DNA of 63,890 nt, the filler included, from Octopus bimaculoides (lineage: Eukaryota), in NCBI RefSeq assembly GCF_001194135.2. It is 5 parts of 5 records of this genome, joined end to end, with 100 filler letters (N's around TTAATTAATTAA, not from the genome) between each part and the next. Parts side by side here need not be neighbours in the genome. Positions count along the whole stretch, not along the records: positions 1 to 28,395 come from NC_069008.1; positions 28,496 to 52,803 come from NC_068984.1; 3 more parts are not named here. One strand, 5' to 3'. The translations under genes were made by a program, and so were the position numbers. The notes beneath the pieces were generated by a model. That model was not told the DNA's origin, searched no databases, and worked only from the letters and a program-made list of their open reading frames with translations. Shown here piece after piece: positions 22,943 to 37,902 of this stretch. The first letter of the stretch is position 1; every line of letters begins with the position of its first letter.

Positions 22943-23329
22943 GGTTAGACAATAATACAATGAGGCATGGGCTTCTATTTCAGAGTAAGAGAAAGTTGTG
23001 GTGGAAGAGTACAGCAGGGTTCGCCACCATCCCCTGCCAGAGCCTCGTGGAGCTTTAGGTGTTTTCGCTCAATAAACACTCGGACTGGGAATTGAAACCG
23101 CGAGTCCGCTGCCCTAACCACTGTGCTGTGTTTGTATGTTTCTGAATGCTTGTTTTTGTGTTGCTGTTCTTCTATGCCCTCGACGTTGTAAGCAACAGAG
23201 TGCCAACAACAAAACAAAAGACATGGACACATGCACATTACATTCAAATTTTACATGATGCTACATGGGTTAGACAATAATACAATGAGGCATGGGTTTC
23301 TATTTCAGGGGCCCTTCCTGGTGCTGCCA

Positions 23330-24330
23330 CCTCATCAAAGAGAGGTAATAAAACTGCCAGCATCCCTGTACACGACTTGAATGGCCCTCACTAGCCATTC
23401 TTTGACTCCTAGCTTCTGTAGCAACCACCTGTTGAGTGAGGTACCCTGTCAAAGTTCATGGATGCTACAGACAGTGGTTTATTTGTTGTTAAATACTTCT
23501 GCAATTACTGAACTATTAAGAAAACATCATTTTTGCTTCTTCCAGGTATGAAACCAAACTGCATCTCCTCTAGATTAATTATCTTTCAACAATTTTCATA
23601 ACCTGCTCCAATAATTTGATACCTATGTAATTGCTTCTCCCTAAGGCTTCTTTCACTTCAGTATGATGCTGCTACACCAGCCTTTGGTGAGGATACCCTC
23701 CCCTGCTTGATTTAACTATATGGTGACTAGACCGTATTCTACTCTGTTAGGTATTCTAGGCATTTCAGAGATAATTCCTAATAGAAGAGAGATTTCCCCA
23801 GTCTTCAGATTGTTAATTTATCTATAATACTTTTGTCAACTAGAATGGTTGGACCCTCTGTTAGGTTCACATTAGGACGACTCAAAAATTCATGCCTCAC
23901 AGTAGCCTTTCATAGTGCCATTATCCTGCTGTACACACATCTCAATATTCTATGGTACACTGCTTTGCAGCCCAGGACACCTCGTGCCTTTGGTTCTCAT
24001 ATCATTAAAACATTGACCAGCTTCTTATTTGTCTCCTAGCCATCTGGCGATGTTTTCTGCTGCCCCCAATTCTTCTAAGCCTGTCTCTCTTCACTGTTCA
24101 CTACTACAGATTCACCCTGTAGCCCTCAGCACACTGTCACATAAGAATTTTAAATTGCCTTCTGTTTTACATCTCTATCTCCTCTTCCTAATCTTCATTA
24201 AACACTTTAATTAATATGTTTCTAAATTGGAAAATAAGGAATCAGTTTGGTGAGGGACACTAGACTATATTTCAGCCTTGCGTTCTTCCTTTGTGGTCCT
24301 TTCTGGTTTGTACTGGAGGTCATTGTTGAT
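23330..24330 (-). mobile_element. RTE-clade LINE, linker and start of RT (decayed)
   Basis: IKLLEQVMKIVER..EEMQFGFIPGRSKNDVFLIVQ.LQKYL..FDRVPH, typical of the RTE RT N-terminal region. Confidence 0.75.
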
Positions 24331-24664
24331 GTACATATTTGACAACTTTACCCCATATTCCTATGCAAGGAAAAGCCTCAACTTATGATATTGTTAATAC
24401 ATTTAATGAGTGAAGCATTTAAAAGTTGACAAATATACAGAAAAATGGGGAAATGATACTCAACAATGAACCATGTTTAGGGTCTCCTGGAGGAGGAGCA
24501 TCAGTATAGAGGTCCCTAATTCATGGAAATGGGTGGGTTGGTCGAAACACCAAATAAAAACAAAATGGAATTTTTGGAAATAAATCATTTTAAATTATAA
24601 TTTCCATTACATAAAACAGGAATATTAAAAAGTTGAAAACATACAAAACTGCACTCTTACATTT

Positions 24665-25061
<397 letters not shown>

Positions 25062-25064
<3 letters not shown>

Positions 25065-25646
25065 GTTATATGGCTTCTCTCCTGTATGAATACTTCTGTG
25101 TGTAATTAAGTGACTACGTTGACTGAAAGATTTACCACAGATATCACAGTGATATGGCTTCTCTCCCGTATGAATACGTTTGTGTTTAGTTACATCACTA
25201 TTGTTGGAGAAAGATTTACCACAGATATCACAGCTATATGGCTTCTCTCCCGTATGAATACGTTTGTGTTTAGTTAAGTTACTATTATAAGAGAAAGATT
25301 TACCACAGATATCACAGCGATATGGCTTCTCTCCTGTATGAGTACGTTTGTGAACAGTTAATGCACAACTTTCAGTGAATGATTTACCACAGATATCACA
25401 ACGATATGGCCTCTCTCCTTTGTGAATACATTTGTGTTTAGTTAAGTCACCATTGTGAGTGAAAGATTTACCACAGATAATACAGCGATACAGTTTCTTT
25501 CCTGCATGAATACGTTTATGAATAACTAGGTCATATTTTTGAGAGAAAGATTTTGTACAGACATCACAGTCATATGACAATTTTTGCACCTCTTTTATCA
25601 GGTCGTCATGTAAAATCAATTCTTTAAGTTTGTCAATCTTTTCCAT
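25062..25646 (-). CDS. C2H2 zinc-finger protein with six in-frame fingers (194 aa from ATG 25646), truncated by a frameshift
   Basis: Six CxxC-x12-HxxxH fingers with TGEKPY-type linkers (e.g. [28 protein letters not shown]). The ORF-track start at 25661 is TTG; the first ATG is at 25646 (MEKIDK), with an in-frame TAA at 25695-25697. Confidence 0.9.
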
Positions 25647-25916
25647 TATTCTTTTCTTCAAATCACAATGTATATTTCTTCTTGGTTTTTCTTCTTACAG
25701 TTTACTCTTATAAATGCTTCCACGTACGTAAATTTATTCAAGTTTAATCAATGCACAAACTCATCTTCTTGACATTCCAGTCACTGATGTACAGAAATTT
25801 TGCTACTAATCTCAGGTGACAGCAGATGTTTCATAGGAATTCAACCACAGATTTAGAGAAACAGTGTTGTATATCTGTTCTGTATAACAGTTTCCCTTAG
25901 TCATTGAGAATATCTT

Positions 25917-25980
25917 CTGTTAAGCCAATGAAAAACTAACAGTGTAAGACATAGAAGTCATATTAAAAAAAAAAAAAAAG
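25917..25980 (-). promoter_or_regulatory. Putative 3' splice acceptor of the ZNF 5'-UTR intron
   Basis: Minus strand has a T15 tract, then gtttttcattggcttaaCAG|aagat. A possible donor CAG|GTAAAT at 26041 would give a 125-nt intron. Confidence 0.45.
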
Positions 25981-26139
25981 ATACAACAATGGAAAATTTA
26001 TAACATTTCTACAGAGATAAACTGTGGAAATAAACATTTACCTGAACAACTGAACTCTTTAATTCATTGAAGTTTACATCACAGAATCTTGTATGAAGCT
26101 TATATACTTGTTAACTGCAACTACTCCTTCACATCGTAT

Positions 26140-26499
26140 TTGTCACTTACGATGTCGAGGAGTCGATCCGATCAACGGAACAGCCTGTCCGGGAAATTAA
26201 CGTGCAAGTGGCTGAGCACTCCACAGACACGCGTACCCTTAACGTAGTTCTCGTGACACAGTGTGACAAGGCTGACCCTTTGAATTACAGGCACAACAGA
26301 AACAGGAAGAAAGAGAGAGAGAAAGCTGTGGTGGAAGAGTACAGCAGGGTTCGCCACCATCACCTGACGGAGCCTCCTGGAGCTTTAGGTTAGGTGTTTT
26401 CGCTTAATAAACACTCACAACGCCCAATCTGGGAATCGAAACCGTGATCCTATGACCACGAGTCCGCTACGCTAACCACTGGGCCATTGCGCCTCCACG
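26140..26499 (-). mobile_element. SINE family C
   Basis: Same core; TSD ttcacat(c/t)gtat (26128-26139 and 26500-26511). Confidence 0.85.
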
Positions 26500-27823
26500 T
26501 TCACATTGTATAACAATATTTGAATTAACCTACAGAATAGCGGACAATAATAATATTTTCCCTGCTGAAATATATTTTGACATTGTTGTGTCATCCAAAG
26601 GCAGCTCTAGTTTATAAGCAGAAATATGATTGAAAACATTCCATCCAAGAATATCCTGTATTTCTAGCATTGTACATCTAGGACTGCAACATGCAATAGT
26701 ATTCAATATTCATGATTGAAACTGAAGGGAAATGTGCTGTTATTTCTAGTAGGCTGTGTGACCACAGAGAAAACTATGATGAAAATCAAGTTGTTTTTAC
26801 AGGACCTCAATTTGTATGACAAATGAAACGAAAATATACATGAAGAAAAGACAACAAACAAATATTAAGAAAAAATATAACAGGTGTGGAAGAGGTTAAA
26901 AAGTTTGATTGCTAACCAAGTGATTTCTGGTTCAGTCCCACCTTCAGCAAGTGTATTTTGGCAAAAATACACATAACCCTAACCCTAGAACCCGTACAAA
27001 CGCACGAACGATGTCATAAATAACAGCACCGCCCATAGTTGTTGTTGACAAACAACGGCAGTAATTTTATTCACGGGAAAAGATTCCATTACACCGCACA
27101 ACGTTTTGCTGACAATCCATAGTAGTAATTGTTTTCACCTCAATAGACGTCAGTGATTGGTTGAAATTACCGAAATACAAACACCCCTCCCCTCCTAAAA
27201 TACCAGACGTAAAAAATATCTAAACAGAAAACTCGACATGCTAGAAACAACAACTAAACGACGAATGACGTTTTCAAAATTCTTATTTCCCCACCCCCTA
27301 TTTTGTCCTTAGCCAGTGGGGTGGAGCAGGGGAAAATGAAAATTTTGAAAACGTGTTTTTAGGATTTTCAAAATCAATTTTTATGTACGCTCCAACTAGA
27401 AACAACAGCCAAACCGAAGATCCACTTTATAAATACGAATTACCGAAAAAGAAAAAATCTTTTTTAAATGTTATTTTGTTGTCGTGTGTGTGTATGTGTG
27501 TGCAAAAAATCGGCAGTCATGGTATTAGCTGTCAGAAGTGAAAGTAGAAAAATCTGACAAGGGTCGTCACTGCTGGTGAGCTATCTGTCTGTCTGTCTGC
27601 CTGCTGGTTTCAGCTGATTCTTTGGCTACTGACTCGCCGGAGCTATCTCTCTCTCTGTCTCTATCTATCTATCACTCGTCCACCTTCTTAGAAAACGCAA
27701 ATTTAATATAAAAATATATTTTCTGAAATTGCAAATTATTTAAAATATAAATTTCAACAGAGAGTATTTATCAAAATAGAAAACAAATGAAGTTTGAAGT
27801 TAAGTTTAAAAATAAATAAATAT

Positions 27824-28215
27824 AGGCGCATAAGTGGCTGTGTGGTAAGTAGCTTGCTTACCAACCACATGGTTGCGGCTTCAGTCCCACTGCGTGGCAC
27901 CTTGGGAAAGTGTCTTCTACTATAGCCTCGGGCCGACCAAAGCCTTGTGAGTGGATTTGGAAGACGGAAACTGAAAGAAGCCCGTCGTATATATGTATAT
28001 ACATATATGTGTGTGTGTGTGTGTGTTTGTCCCGCCACCATCGCTTGACAACCGATGCTGGTGTGTTCACGTCCCCGTAACTAAGCGGTTCGGCAAAAAG
28101 TGGTCGAGAGAATAAGTACTAGGCTTCCAAAGAATAAGTCCTGGGGTCGATTTTCTCGACTAAAGGTGGTGCTCCAGCATGGCCGCTGTCAAAATGACTG
28201 AAACAAGTAAAGAGT
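27824..28215 (+). mobile_element. tRNA-headed SINE, family B, near full length; a 3' half of another copy lies at 28529-28757
   Basis: Head ggcgca..gtggctgtgtggtaag..ggcttcagtccc; internal (TA)/(TG) tract; tail ccagcatggccgc.gtca..tgactgaaacaagtaaa. Confidence 0.85.
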
Positions 28216-28495
28216 GATACTTATGCTCTGTAATGTTTCAAACGCATGGATATAGGTGTCGAATTTGTTCCAATAACTTCTCCATTCTAATTTTTACATA
28301 CCTCTCTTATTTCCAAAAGACCCCCAACCATAGATTTCTACACACACACACACGTAATTAAAAAGTTCAAACAGCAAATTATTTCATTCAATATCNNNNN
28401 NNNNNNNNNNNNNNNNNNNNNNNNNNNNNNNNNNNNNNNTTAATTAATTAANNNNNNNNNNNNNNNNNNNNNNNNNNNNNNNNNNNNNNNNNNNN

Positions 28496-28534
<39 letters not shown>

Positions 28535-29458
28535 ATGTATATGTTTGTGTGTCTGTTTTTGTCCCCCTCAACATCGCTTGACAACCGATGCTGGTGTGTT
28601 TACGTCCTCGTAACTTAGCACTTGAGCAAAAGAGACCGATAGAATAAGTACTAGGCTTACTAAGAATAAGTCCTGGGGTCGATTTACTCGACTAAAAGGC
28701 GGTGCTCCAGCATGGCCACAGTCAATTGACTGAAGCAAGTAAAAGAGTAAAAGAGTATATGTATGTATGTATGTATATATAGAATAAGGGGATTTAATTC
28801 ACTAGTGCTCTAAATGAATCGGTACGCTGAGTATGTGCTAAATTTAGGCTTACTCACCAACCCCATATTCAAGCATAATCGCCTATCACTTGGGATATCC
28901 CAGAAACAGATGTACGACCTCAATCAATTTAAGACTGGTATAAAATAATGAATATGAATTGAGATGCTTGTTATGCCTCGGCGTTTGTTGTTCTCTTTCA
29001 CAAATATACATACATACATACATACATACATACATAAGCACGTATGTATGTGTGTGTGTGTGTGTGTGTGTCTGTGTGTGTATGTACATATGTCAATATA
29101 CATATACCTACACACATATACACCTACATATATGTGTCTTTGTATATCAAATATTTACATGCTATTTTTATAGTTTCATATCTGCTCCGAGATCCTGTTC
29201 CAAGGTTCAAATCAGAATTCTACCACGTTCTCTCTAAAGCCCATTAACTCTTATGTCCTAATCGTAAAGTCAGTTGAAGTTATGTAAGTTCCTCCATCAT
29301 ACCTCCTGACTGAATGTGTTTATCTTTCCCACCGAATAGTTTCGCTCCTCGGATTTTCTGGAGTTACAGTTACATGGATGCTTTATATTATGCTACATTG
29401 TAATTGACCTCTGTGTTAGTGCGAGGGACGTGAGTGATAACCGCATGAAATATGTGTA

Positions 29459-29506
<48 letters not shown>

Positions 29507-29529
29507 CACACATTCAATCGGTGGAGGAA

Positions 29530-30260
29530 TAACAGAAGAGAAATTTGGACTGGTAAAGTCGTAGAAATTCTCCAACAACCACTTTTGACTGTTTCCACAG
29601 GCATATGTGGCCAGGAGCCTATTCTTGTTGCTACATCCATGGCCTTCCAGCTGTAAATCTCCAGCCAGAATTTGTCCACAGTCTCCAGCGGCTTCACCAA
29701 GACGTCTGAATAGAGCTTAATTGCCTTGTTCAAAGATGCGGGTCTGAATTCTGGTGTGTGTAGGCTGTCAGGACGCCCACTGCGTCCCTTCCCGGTCGTC
29801 ACGGCTTCGTAGCCTCCGTTGCAGCTGTCCATGTCATGTCTTACAGCCTTTACAATATCTACTGTGCATTGAGGATCAGTCATTCTGTCGGCATTTCGAT
29901 TCTAGCGTGAATCATCACCATACATGTAAATCTTTCCCAATATTCATATGGCTTCCAATCCTCTATGTCAGCTAATTTTTCTCAACTATAACTTCATTCT
30001 TTTATGCTCTCCAATGCCGTTGCCTGTTCACCAATACTAAAAGTTGTCCCTTAAAAATGCAACATAAAACTCGTCGAAAAAAACCCGTAGATTTTGTATA
30101 TTCCATAAAGAAACAAATGTATCGAATGCGATATTTGAGAGATACTTTGCCCAGCGATTTTGAAATAGGCAAAGTTGGTAATCGGTGTAACTTGAACCTA
30201 GATCGCAGAAACTCGAAAAGAATATTTCGAACCATTCTCTCTGATGCTCCACCAATTCAC
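29530..30260 (-). mobile_element. maT/DD37D-type Tc1-mariner, internally deleted
   Basis: GRSGRPDSLHTPEF, YSDVLVKPLETV, LENFYDFTSPNF; same family as 21545-21900. Confidence 0.6.
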
Positions 30261-31567
30261 TACGTGACTATGCTCAAGTTCATAATCCCGGTCTACTGGT
30301 TTCTCTGGCATTTATATTCCTCCCAAGACGGAAGCCAGTCTTGTCGGAGGAACACGCCCTTTTATCAACTGAGTGGAAGGAAGCAACGTGAACTGACATT
30401 TTTTTTTTTTTTCAAGAGCACAGTGCGACACCCGGTCCAGGAATCGAAGCCACAATCCCATGTTCCTAAGCTCTACACCCAAACCACAAAGCCATTCACC
30501 TCCACTGCCGCGTTGATATACTAAATACAAATGTCTGACAACTAAATAAATCTATAAATCGGAATAATTTCATGCAGAAACAACTGGCAGTGGATTTGTA
30601 CCATTCATCATTTATTTTCATATTTCCATTCTTCTTTGAGATGATTTCATTTTCGTTTTTCTTGCATATAAAAAAAAAATCATATTAGCAGCTGTGAAGT
30701 CAATTTTGATATGATTCTTTGACTAATTAACTTTATTACTTGCCAAAGCAATAAAACATAGGAATGTCTGACAGAAAAGAAATACAATTGTGGTGTTAAT
30801 ATATATGTTTATGATTTTCTTAAATATGTTGATAGTTATGGATGTTCAGTTGTAGATTATGATCGTGTTTTGCATAGAGCAATGAGTTGAGCTGCTGTTA
30901 TACTGTTTTTCTTTGAAAATATGAAGTCATTCGTTCGGCTCTCTTTTTACACAGAGACACAAAAACTGAAAGTGGCACTTCGCCGGTTACTACGATGAGT
31001 ATTCAAATTAATCCAAGTGGCTGAGTTTAACGCAGTTCTCGGGGAAATCCAGCGTGACACAGAATGTGACAAAACTGGGAATTTGAATTACATGTAAAAC
31101 TTATTTTTGCCAGTTGAGTAAACAGGAGAAAAACGAAATAAAATATCTTGCTTATGGTTACAATTTGCCGCCGGGAATCGAACTCACGATCTTATGATTG
31201 TGAATGGAATATCCAAGCCACTAAGCCATACGTCTTTAAACAGAGACGCATAATATATTATTTACATAGATGTATACTCTAACCGAAGAGGCCAATCTAA
31301 CTGCATATTCTTTTCTACTCTAGGTACAAGGCCCGAAAGTTTTGAGGAAGGGGCGAGTATATTAGACCGACCCCAGAACACAACTGGTGCTTAATTTATC
31401 GACCCCGAAAGGATGAAATGCAAAGTCAAAGAAATCAACCCAAACGCTTTTACAATGTCTATTTCATGTTCAGAACTTCTCTTTTGTCGAACCGCTAATT
31501 TAAAGAATGGTAAACGCACCAATACCGGTTATCAATCGATGAGGGAAAGACAAACATGCACACACAC

Positions 31568-31629
<62 letters not shown>

Positions 31630-33719
31630 GTAACAGGATGTCAAGTGGTAATGTATGCATACATGTACACGTAAATTCACATTTATTAGCTTAGCCTATT
31701 ATAATCCCGGACAGACCAATGCCTTGCGATAGATCTTCGCAGACGGAAACGGTGTGGAAGGACACAGTACTTGTATATATATATATATATAGGGGTCTCA
31801 GCATACAGAGAAAGACAGAAACAGACAGAGAGGGAGAGAGAGGGAAATTTGCATAGAGAGTAAAAAATCCAGAACACTAAGGAGAGAAGTGCTTTTAACC
31901 CGACAGCTGTTTCTGGATGCTCGGAATAACGCAATAATCGCAATGTTCATAATTAGCAGACAGAATGTGCAAAACACCATGGGTAAATGGTCGCATATAG
32001 ATATTACCATTAGACCAGCTTCCTTCATCACGAGAAAGAAATGGCAAACGCCTTTCACAAAGTAATGTGAGAGATTTAAATATATGTATGTGTATACATA
32101 GATATGTATGTATATTTACGTATAAACGCATGTATGTGTCCCCTGTGTGTATGCATGTATGTATGTATGTATGTACGTGTGTGTGTTTATGAATTGGTCA
32201 GAAAGTCATATCGCTTGCATCTGCTCACGTATGAAACGTATCTACATAAATAAACCTTATTTACACTTCCTTTGTTTTATCCATTACCTCAACACGGGTT
32301 TTCAAAGGTAACTCAGCTTCGAGAGTATTCATTCTGGCTGGATATTCATATGATAAAACACCTAAATTAATACATTTAACATCATTACAATAGATATATC
32401 TTTATATATTTATTCTACAAGTAATTGTGTAGATAAAGGGAAATTTATGACAAAACTGTGATTTTATATTTATTTTATATATTGATTTCTTTTTAAATAA
32501 AACAGAGATATGAATACAGAAATATATTTACACTGAATGGAGAATTAAAATTAATATTCTAAGGAAGAGCATCAACAGCAGAATCGGGGAAGAAAGAATC
32601 GGAATCGAAGAGGAGACATAGTCAGGCGCAGGAATACAAAGAGCGACAAAAAGAGAAAGAGGAAGAGAGAGGGCAAGAGAAAGGAAGATGGAAGGAGAGA
32701 GAGGAGAGAGAGGAGAGAGAGGAGAGTGAGAGTGCAGTAGAGTGATGGAGAGGGAGGGGGAAAGAGAGAACAATAAGGTAAATAGATTTAGCTCATATAA
32801 AGAATTATAGAGGTTTTCACATAACGGTTATAATTTATATTTTCACTCTTTGCACCTTAATTTTAATTTAAAATATTAATTTACCGTATCAAGTTTCGGC
32901 TTTAAACGCAATTTCGCACTGTAATTAATCCTTAAAAACAGTTTACAGATAGATACACTCCAAAACCGTAATGTACTCAAAATACTTTAACGCTGATTAT
33001 TCGAATCTTTGATAAAAATAATCAAAATTTTCCCTCGGCGACAGCTGCATGAACATTCTATAATCCTCTAAAATCTGCCGTCGATTTTACTCCGAATACA
33101 CAGATTCATAATCAGAATAAAGGAAACCACTCGACATCGTCCATCAGTCGCTGATCATCGATCCTACAATTAAAAAGCAGCATCTTTATCGAAAAAAATT
33201 TATCGATCAGTAGCTGCTAGCCCGCGTTGTATCCTTGAGCAAGGCACGTTATTTCGTGTTGTTCCACCCCGCTCATCTGGCAAGAATCTAAATCAAAAGA
33301 CCACCCTTGTCATATTCTGTAATTCGCTGAATCTCTCTGAGAAATACATGAAGGGTACACTTGTCTATGGGGTGTTCAGTCACATGCATGTTGATTTCAC
33401 GTGCAGGCTGTTCCGTTGATCGGATCAACTGAAACCTTCGTTGTCGTAACCGAACGAGTGCCAGTCATTATAAAGCTGCCAGCCATTATGCGCTAGCGAT
33501 TAACCCCATTCAGCAGTAACCAGCTCCACCACATTTATTAAGAAAGCACTTGAACGGTTGAGAAAATGTTCCTTATTTCTGTAGAGTTTTAACTAATGCG
33601 ATTCATGATCATGTATTGCTACATACATACACGAAAACCACACAAAATACATGGATGTGGTGAGCACAATCAGAAGTTTCTATTGCAAAATCCATTTTGT
33701 ACAAATTTTCACTACCTTA

Positions 33720-33998
33720 GAAAACACCTAAAGCTCCACGGCAGGTGATAGTGGCGAACCCTGCTGTACTTTTCCACCACAACTTTCTCTCACTCTTACT
33801 TCCTTTTTTTCTACTGTGCCTGTAAATTAAAGGGTCAGCCTTGTCACACTGTGTCACGCTGAATATCCCCGAGAACTACGTTAAGGGTACACGTGTCTGT
33901 GGAGTGCTCAGCCACTTGCACGTTAATTTCACGAGCACGCTGTTGTTTGATCGAATTAACTGGAACCCTCGACGTCGTAAGCGACGGAGTGCCAACAA
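33720..33998 (+). mobile_element. SINE family C, 5'-truncated; an older copy lies at ~33220-33466 (+)
   Basis: Reverse complement of the 15811-16194 core, ending gacggagtgccaaca. Confidence 0.8.
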
Positions 33999-34513
33999 GA
34001 TATATACTAAAAACTCTATAACATGATCTGATCACTATTTCAGAAAATTACTGCTGTTCGGTTTGAGCATATATAAGACCAATTTAGTTGGGGAAAAATG
34101 AGAAAGGCATGATAAGGTTAATTTGCTTCTTCAGAAAACAGAATCATACACATTAATATCCATCCTTAGACGGTAGAAAAGCAACAAAATTTTACAATGT
34201 CTAGGTCAAATGGAAAATGATCAGGGACAAATGGCACATGGTATGAAATTAACGAGATACGACTACATGAAAAGAAAAAAAAGGGCTCAGCATAAAATAT
34301 TGTGTATAACTTGTTTACGATTTACTGGAATTAATCCCTTTCAGATATATTTAGGCATCATGCAGTTAAAGAAGAGAATAAATTATTGAAGCTAGTCATT
34401 ACTTTAAAATTATCCAATTAGACATTACTGTAGGATTTTGGAACCGGAGCAGACTTCAGCCCCGGTATCCGAAACTCTGAGTTTTATTATGACAACCAAC
34501 TGATTGTCACATA

Positions 34514-34581
<68 letters not shown>

Positions 34582-34929
34582 ATGCGTGTGTGTGTGCGCG
34601 TGTGTATGTGTATGAATATGTCTGCGCGTAATTATTAAATTTTAATCTGAAAATCACGGAAACACTGAGGGGGCGTTTGATTTCCTGTAATTAACATAGA
34701 TTGCCTTTCTATACGTCTGCGTATATAAATACAGAAATGGTGAGATATTCATCACATTGCAGGAAAACGAGATGTCGTAATGCGTTAACCCTGAGATAAC
34801 CGTTGAATGCGCCTTTCGATGTAGACGCAGGAAGTCATGAAAGGGACGTAACTTCACATTGTAAAGAATTGTAGTCGTTGGTGTTTCTGAATTTCTGCCT
34901 ATCTTAGACACAATACTTCATTATATATA

Positions 34930-35333
34930 TGTGCAGGAATACTCAGTGAAAGAGAGATACAAAGTGAAAAACGCAAGGAGAAGGAGAGGGGGAGAAGGAG
35001 AGAGAGAAGGACATGCTGAGGGAGTGAAGAGAGGCAGAGGGTAGGAGAAGGTAGAGAGGAGAGCAAATAAGAAGGTATTTTGTCACAAAGATAGAGAGGT
35101 ACTTAATGAAAAACACAGAAATAGAGAGAGAAAGAGAGAGAGATTGAAGGGAAGAGCGAGAGGAGGGGGAGAGATGTAGCGATAGTGTTGTGTGTGAAAG
35201 TGAGAGTGATAGTGGAAGGGAAAGTGAGAGAGAGCGATAGAGTGGGAGATAGATAGTGAGAGATAGATAGAGTGAGAGATAACATGAGAGAGAAAGAGAA
35301 AGTAAATGAATGAGTGATGACATGCGTAAGAAG

Positions 35334-35366
<33 letters not shown>

Positions 35367-35410
35367 CGAGAGAGAGAGAGAGCGAGAGAGAGAGAGAGAG
35401 AGAGAGATAA
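34930..35410. repeat. GA-rich low-complexity tract ending in (GA)n
   Basis: Directly visible; a similar tract lies at 32640-32770 and a (TC)n run at 36260-36334. Confidence 0.9.
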
Positions 35411-36256
35411 TAAGATAGTCTGTATCCTTACATTCGTTCTTTTTCCAATCATGTCTTTTAAATATAGCGAATATATTATTGGTTATGTTTTACAACCAGA
35501 TTTTATTCCCTGCAGTAAATTATTGCGGCAAAAAAATTGATTGCAGCCGTTTTCCATAAGTTAACTTTTTTTTGCGTTTGTAGAATTAATATCCACTTGG
35601 AAGCTTGAGGATATTGTATATGTCTGCTAAAATATAAATCTGGCAAGTTGTCGAAAGAAAATATTCAATTTAACAAAGAATATTTATTGATATTTTTATG
35701 ATTTGTCGGTTGCTGCTTTTGTTTTCTGTATGTTCTTCAATTCTTTTTTTTTTAAATAGTAATTCTATCTAGCAATTGAAATTACAAGATTGTGTATAAT
35801 TTCACATAACAAGATGAACAACTATATTTCAATACAAATCACAGAATATGCTACATATTTCATAATTTTTGAATTTTTGAAAAATTTGCAAGATTGCGGG
35901 CATTGTTAACTATTTAAAAAAAATTCTAAATTTTGGAGCAATTCACAAATCTAAGCACACAGAATGCAAGATGTCCATGTAATCACCTTCTTAAAGCTTA
36001 AATGAAAGTAATTGCTTTGAATAGAATAGAAATGGTTGTTTTTTATTACACAAATACAATGAACTTTCCTGCCCATCATATGACATACAATTTTCTGTCA
36101 AACATGTTTTATAATTTAAATATTTTAGCATCTTTTAACACAGGTATCTTATCTATTATGCATGTATAACGAAATACGATTAATATAATATCCAATAAAT
36201 TACACATATGTATAAGTCTATCTCTCTACAAATTTATCGCTCCCTCTCTCGCTCTG

Positions 36257-36341
<85 letters not shown>

Positions 36342-36357
36342 ATAGATATATGTATAT

Positions 36358-36743
36358 TCTTTTATTCTTTTACTCTTTTACTTGTTTCAGTCATTTGACT
36401 GCGGCCATGCTGGAGCAACGCCTTTAGTCGAATAAATCGACCCTAGGACTTTTCTTTGTAAGCCAAGTACTTATTCTATTGGTCTTTATTGCCGAACCCT
36501 TAAGCTTCTGGGATGAAACCACACCAATATCCGTTTTCATGTAATGGCGGAGAACAAACACGACACCCGCACACACACATACAGATATGCATACATTTCT
36601 TTCAGTTTCCGTTTATCAAATCTACTCACAAGGTTTTGGTTAACCCTAGGCTATAGTAGAAGGCACTTTCCCGAGGTGTCATACTGTGGGACTGAACAGG
36701 GAAAAGGTGGTTGGGATGCAAGCTACTTACCACACAGCCACGC

Positions 36744-36745
<2 letters not shown>
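36358..36745 (-). mobile_element. SINE family B
   Basis: Reverse complement of the 27824-28215 sequence. Confidence 0.8.
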
Positions 36746-36790
<45 letters not shown>

Positions 36791-36833
36791 CGTGTATGTG
36801 TGTGTGTGCGTGTAAGTATGTGTGTGTGCGTGT

Positions 36834-36871
<38 letters not shown>

Positions 36872-37286
36872 GTGTGTAGAAAAAATATCACCCTTTTAAT
36901 GCGCATTTCAAAGTGTCTGTACGGTTGTCGACACTGAAAGCCACTCACCTGANNNNNNNNNNNNNNNNNNNNNNNNNNNNNNNNNNNNNNNNNNNNNNNN
37001 NNNNNNNNNNNNNNNNNNNNNNNNNNNNNNNNNNNNNNNNNNNNNNNNNNNNNNNNNNNNNNNNNNNNNNNNNNNNNNNNNNNNNNNNNNNNNNNNNNNN
37101 NNNNNNNNNNNNNNNNNNNNNNNNNNNNNNNNNNNNNNNNNNNNNNNNNNNNNNNNNNNNNNNNNNNNNNNNNNNNNNNNNNNNNNNNNNNNNNNNNNNN
37201 NNNNNNNNNNNNNNNNNNNNNNNNNNNNNNNNNNNNNNNNNNNNNNNNNNNNNNNNNNNNNNNNNNNNNNNNNNNNNNNNNNNNNN

Positions 37287-37317
<31 letters not shown>

Positions 37318-37521
37318 ACAAACGATACATAAATGTCAGTTCATCACAGCCTTTTCTAACAAATTTTTTAATTTATCAATGAATACATTATATCATTATT
37401 AAAAACGTTTTCATCAGTTGAACACACGAATTTTACAAATTAAGGACATTAAAAAAATATATATATATATATAATCCACGACACTGATATATTTGGTGAT
37501 TCCGCGATTGAAGCCTACCGT

Positions 37522-37528
37522 ATGCATA

Positions 37529-37564
<36 letters not shown>

Positions 37565-37616
37565 TGTATGCATGCATGTATGTATGTATGTATGTATGTA
37601 TGTATGTATGTATGTA
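37522..37616. repeat. (TATG)n microsatellite
   Basis: Directly visible. Confidence 0.95.
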
Positions 37617-37902
37617 CGCTTGTGTGTGTATAATTGTATGTGTAATGGATTTCGTCATTTCCCAACTAAGAGAAGGTATATTTTATATGCTGTCTTACAA
37701 AAACTATTTAATTATCAATAGACTATATATGTTTGGTATCATCCTTATTTGTTGAACATTTTTTTTCTTAGACTTTTAGTTGTTAAGTGAGCAATTGCTT
37801 CACTTAAAATGTTCTCGTCTCTAATTCTTGCATCAACATTTCGTCCTTTGTTGTAGAGACTCACATTGTCACACTGTGCGTAGCATTTCTGAGTGGTATA
37901 CA

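Noticed and set aside
28396-28495. Palindrome TTAATTAATTAA inside N runs (also 52848-52859, 57954-57965, 62834-62845)
   Set aside because: Always 44 N + 12 nt + 44 N = 100 bp with stops in all six frames: an artificial scaffolding spacer, not biology.
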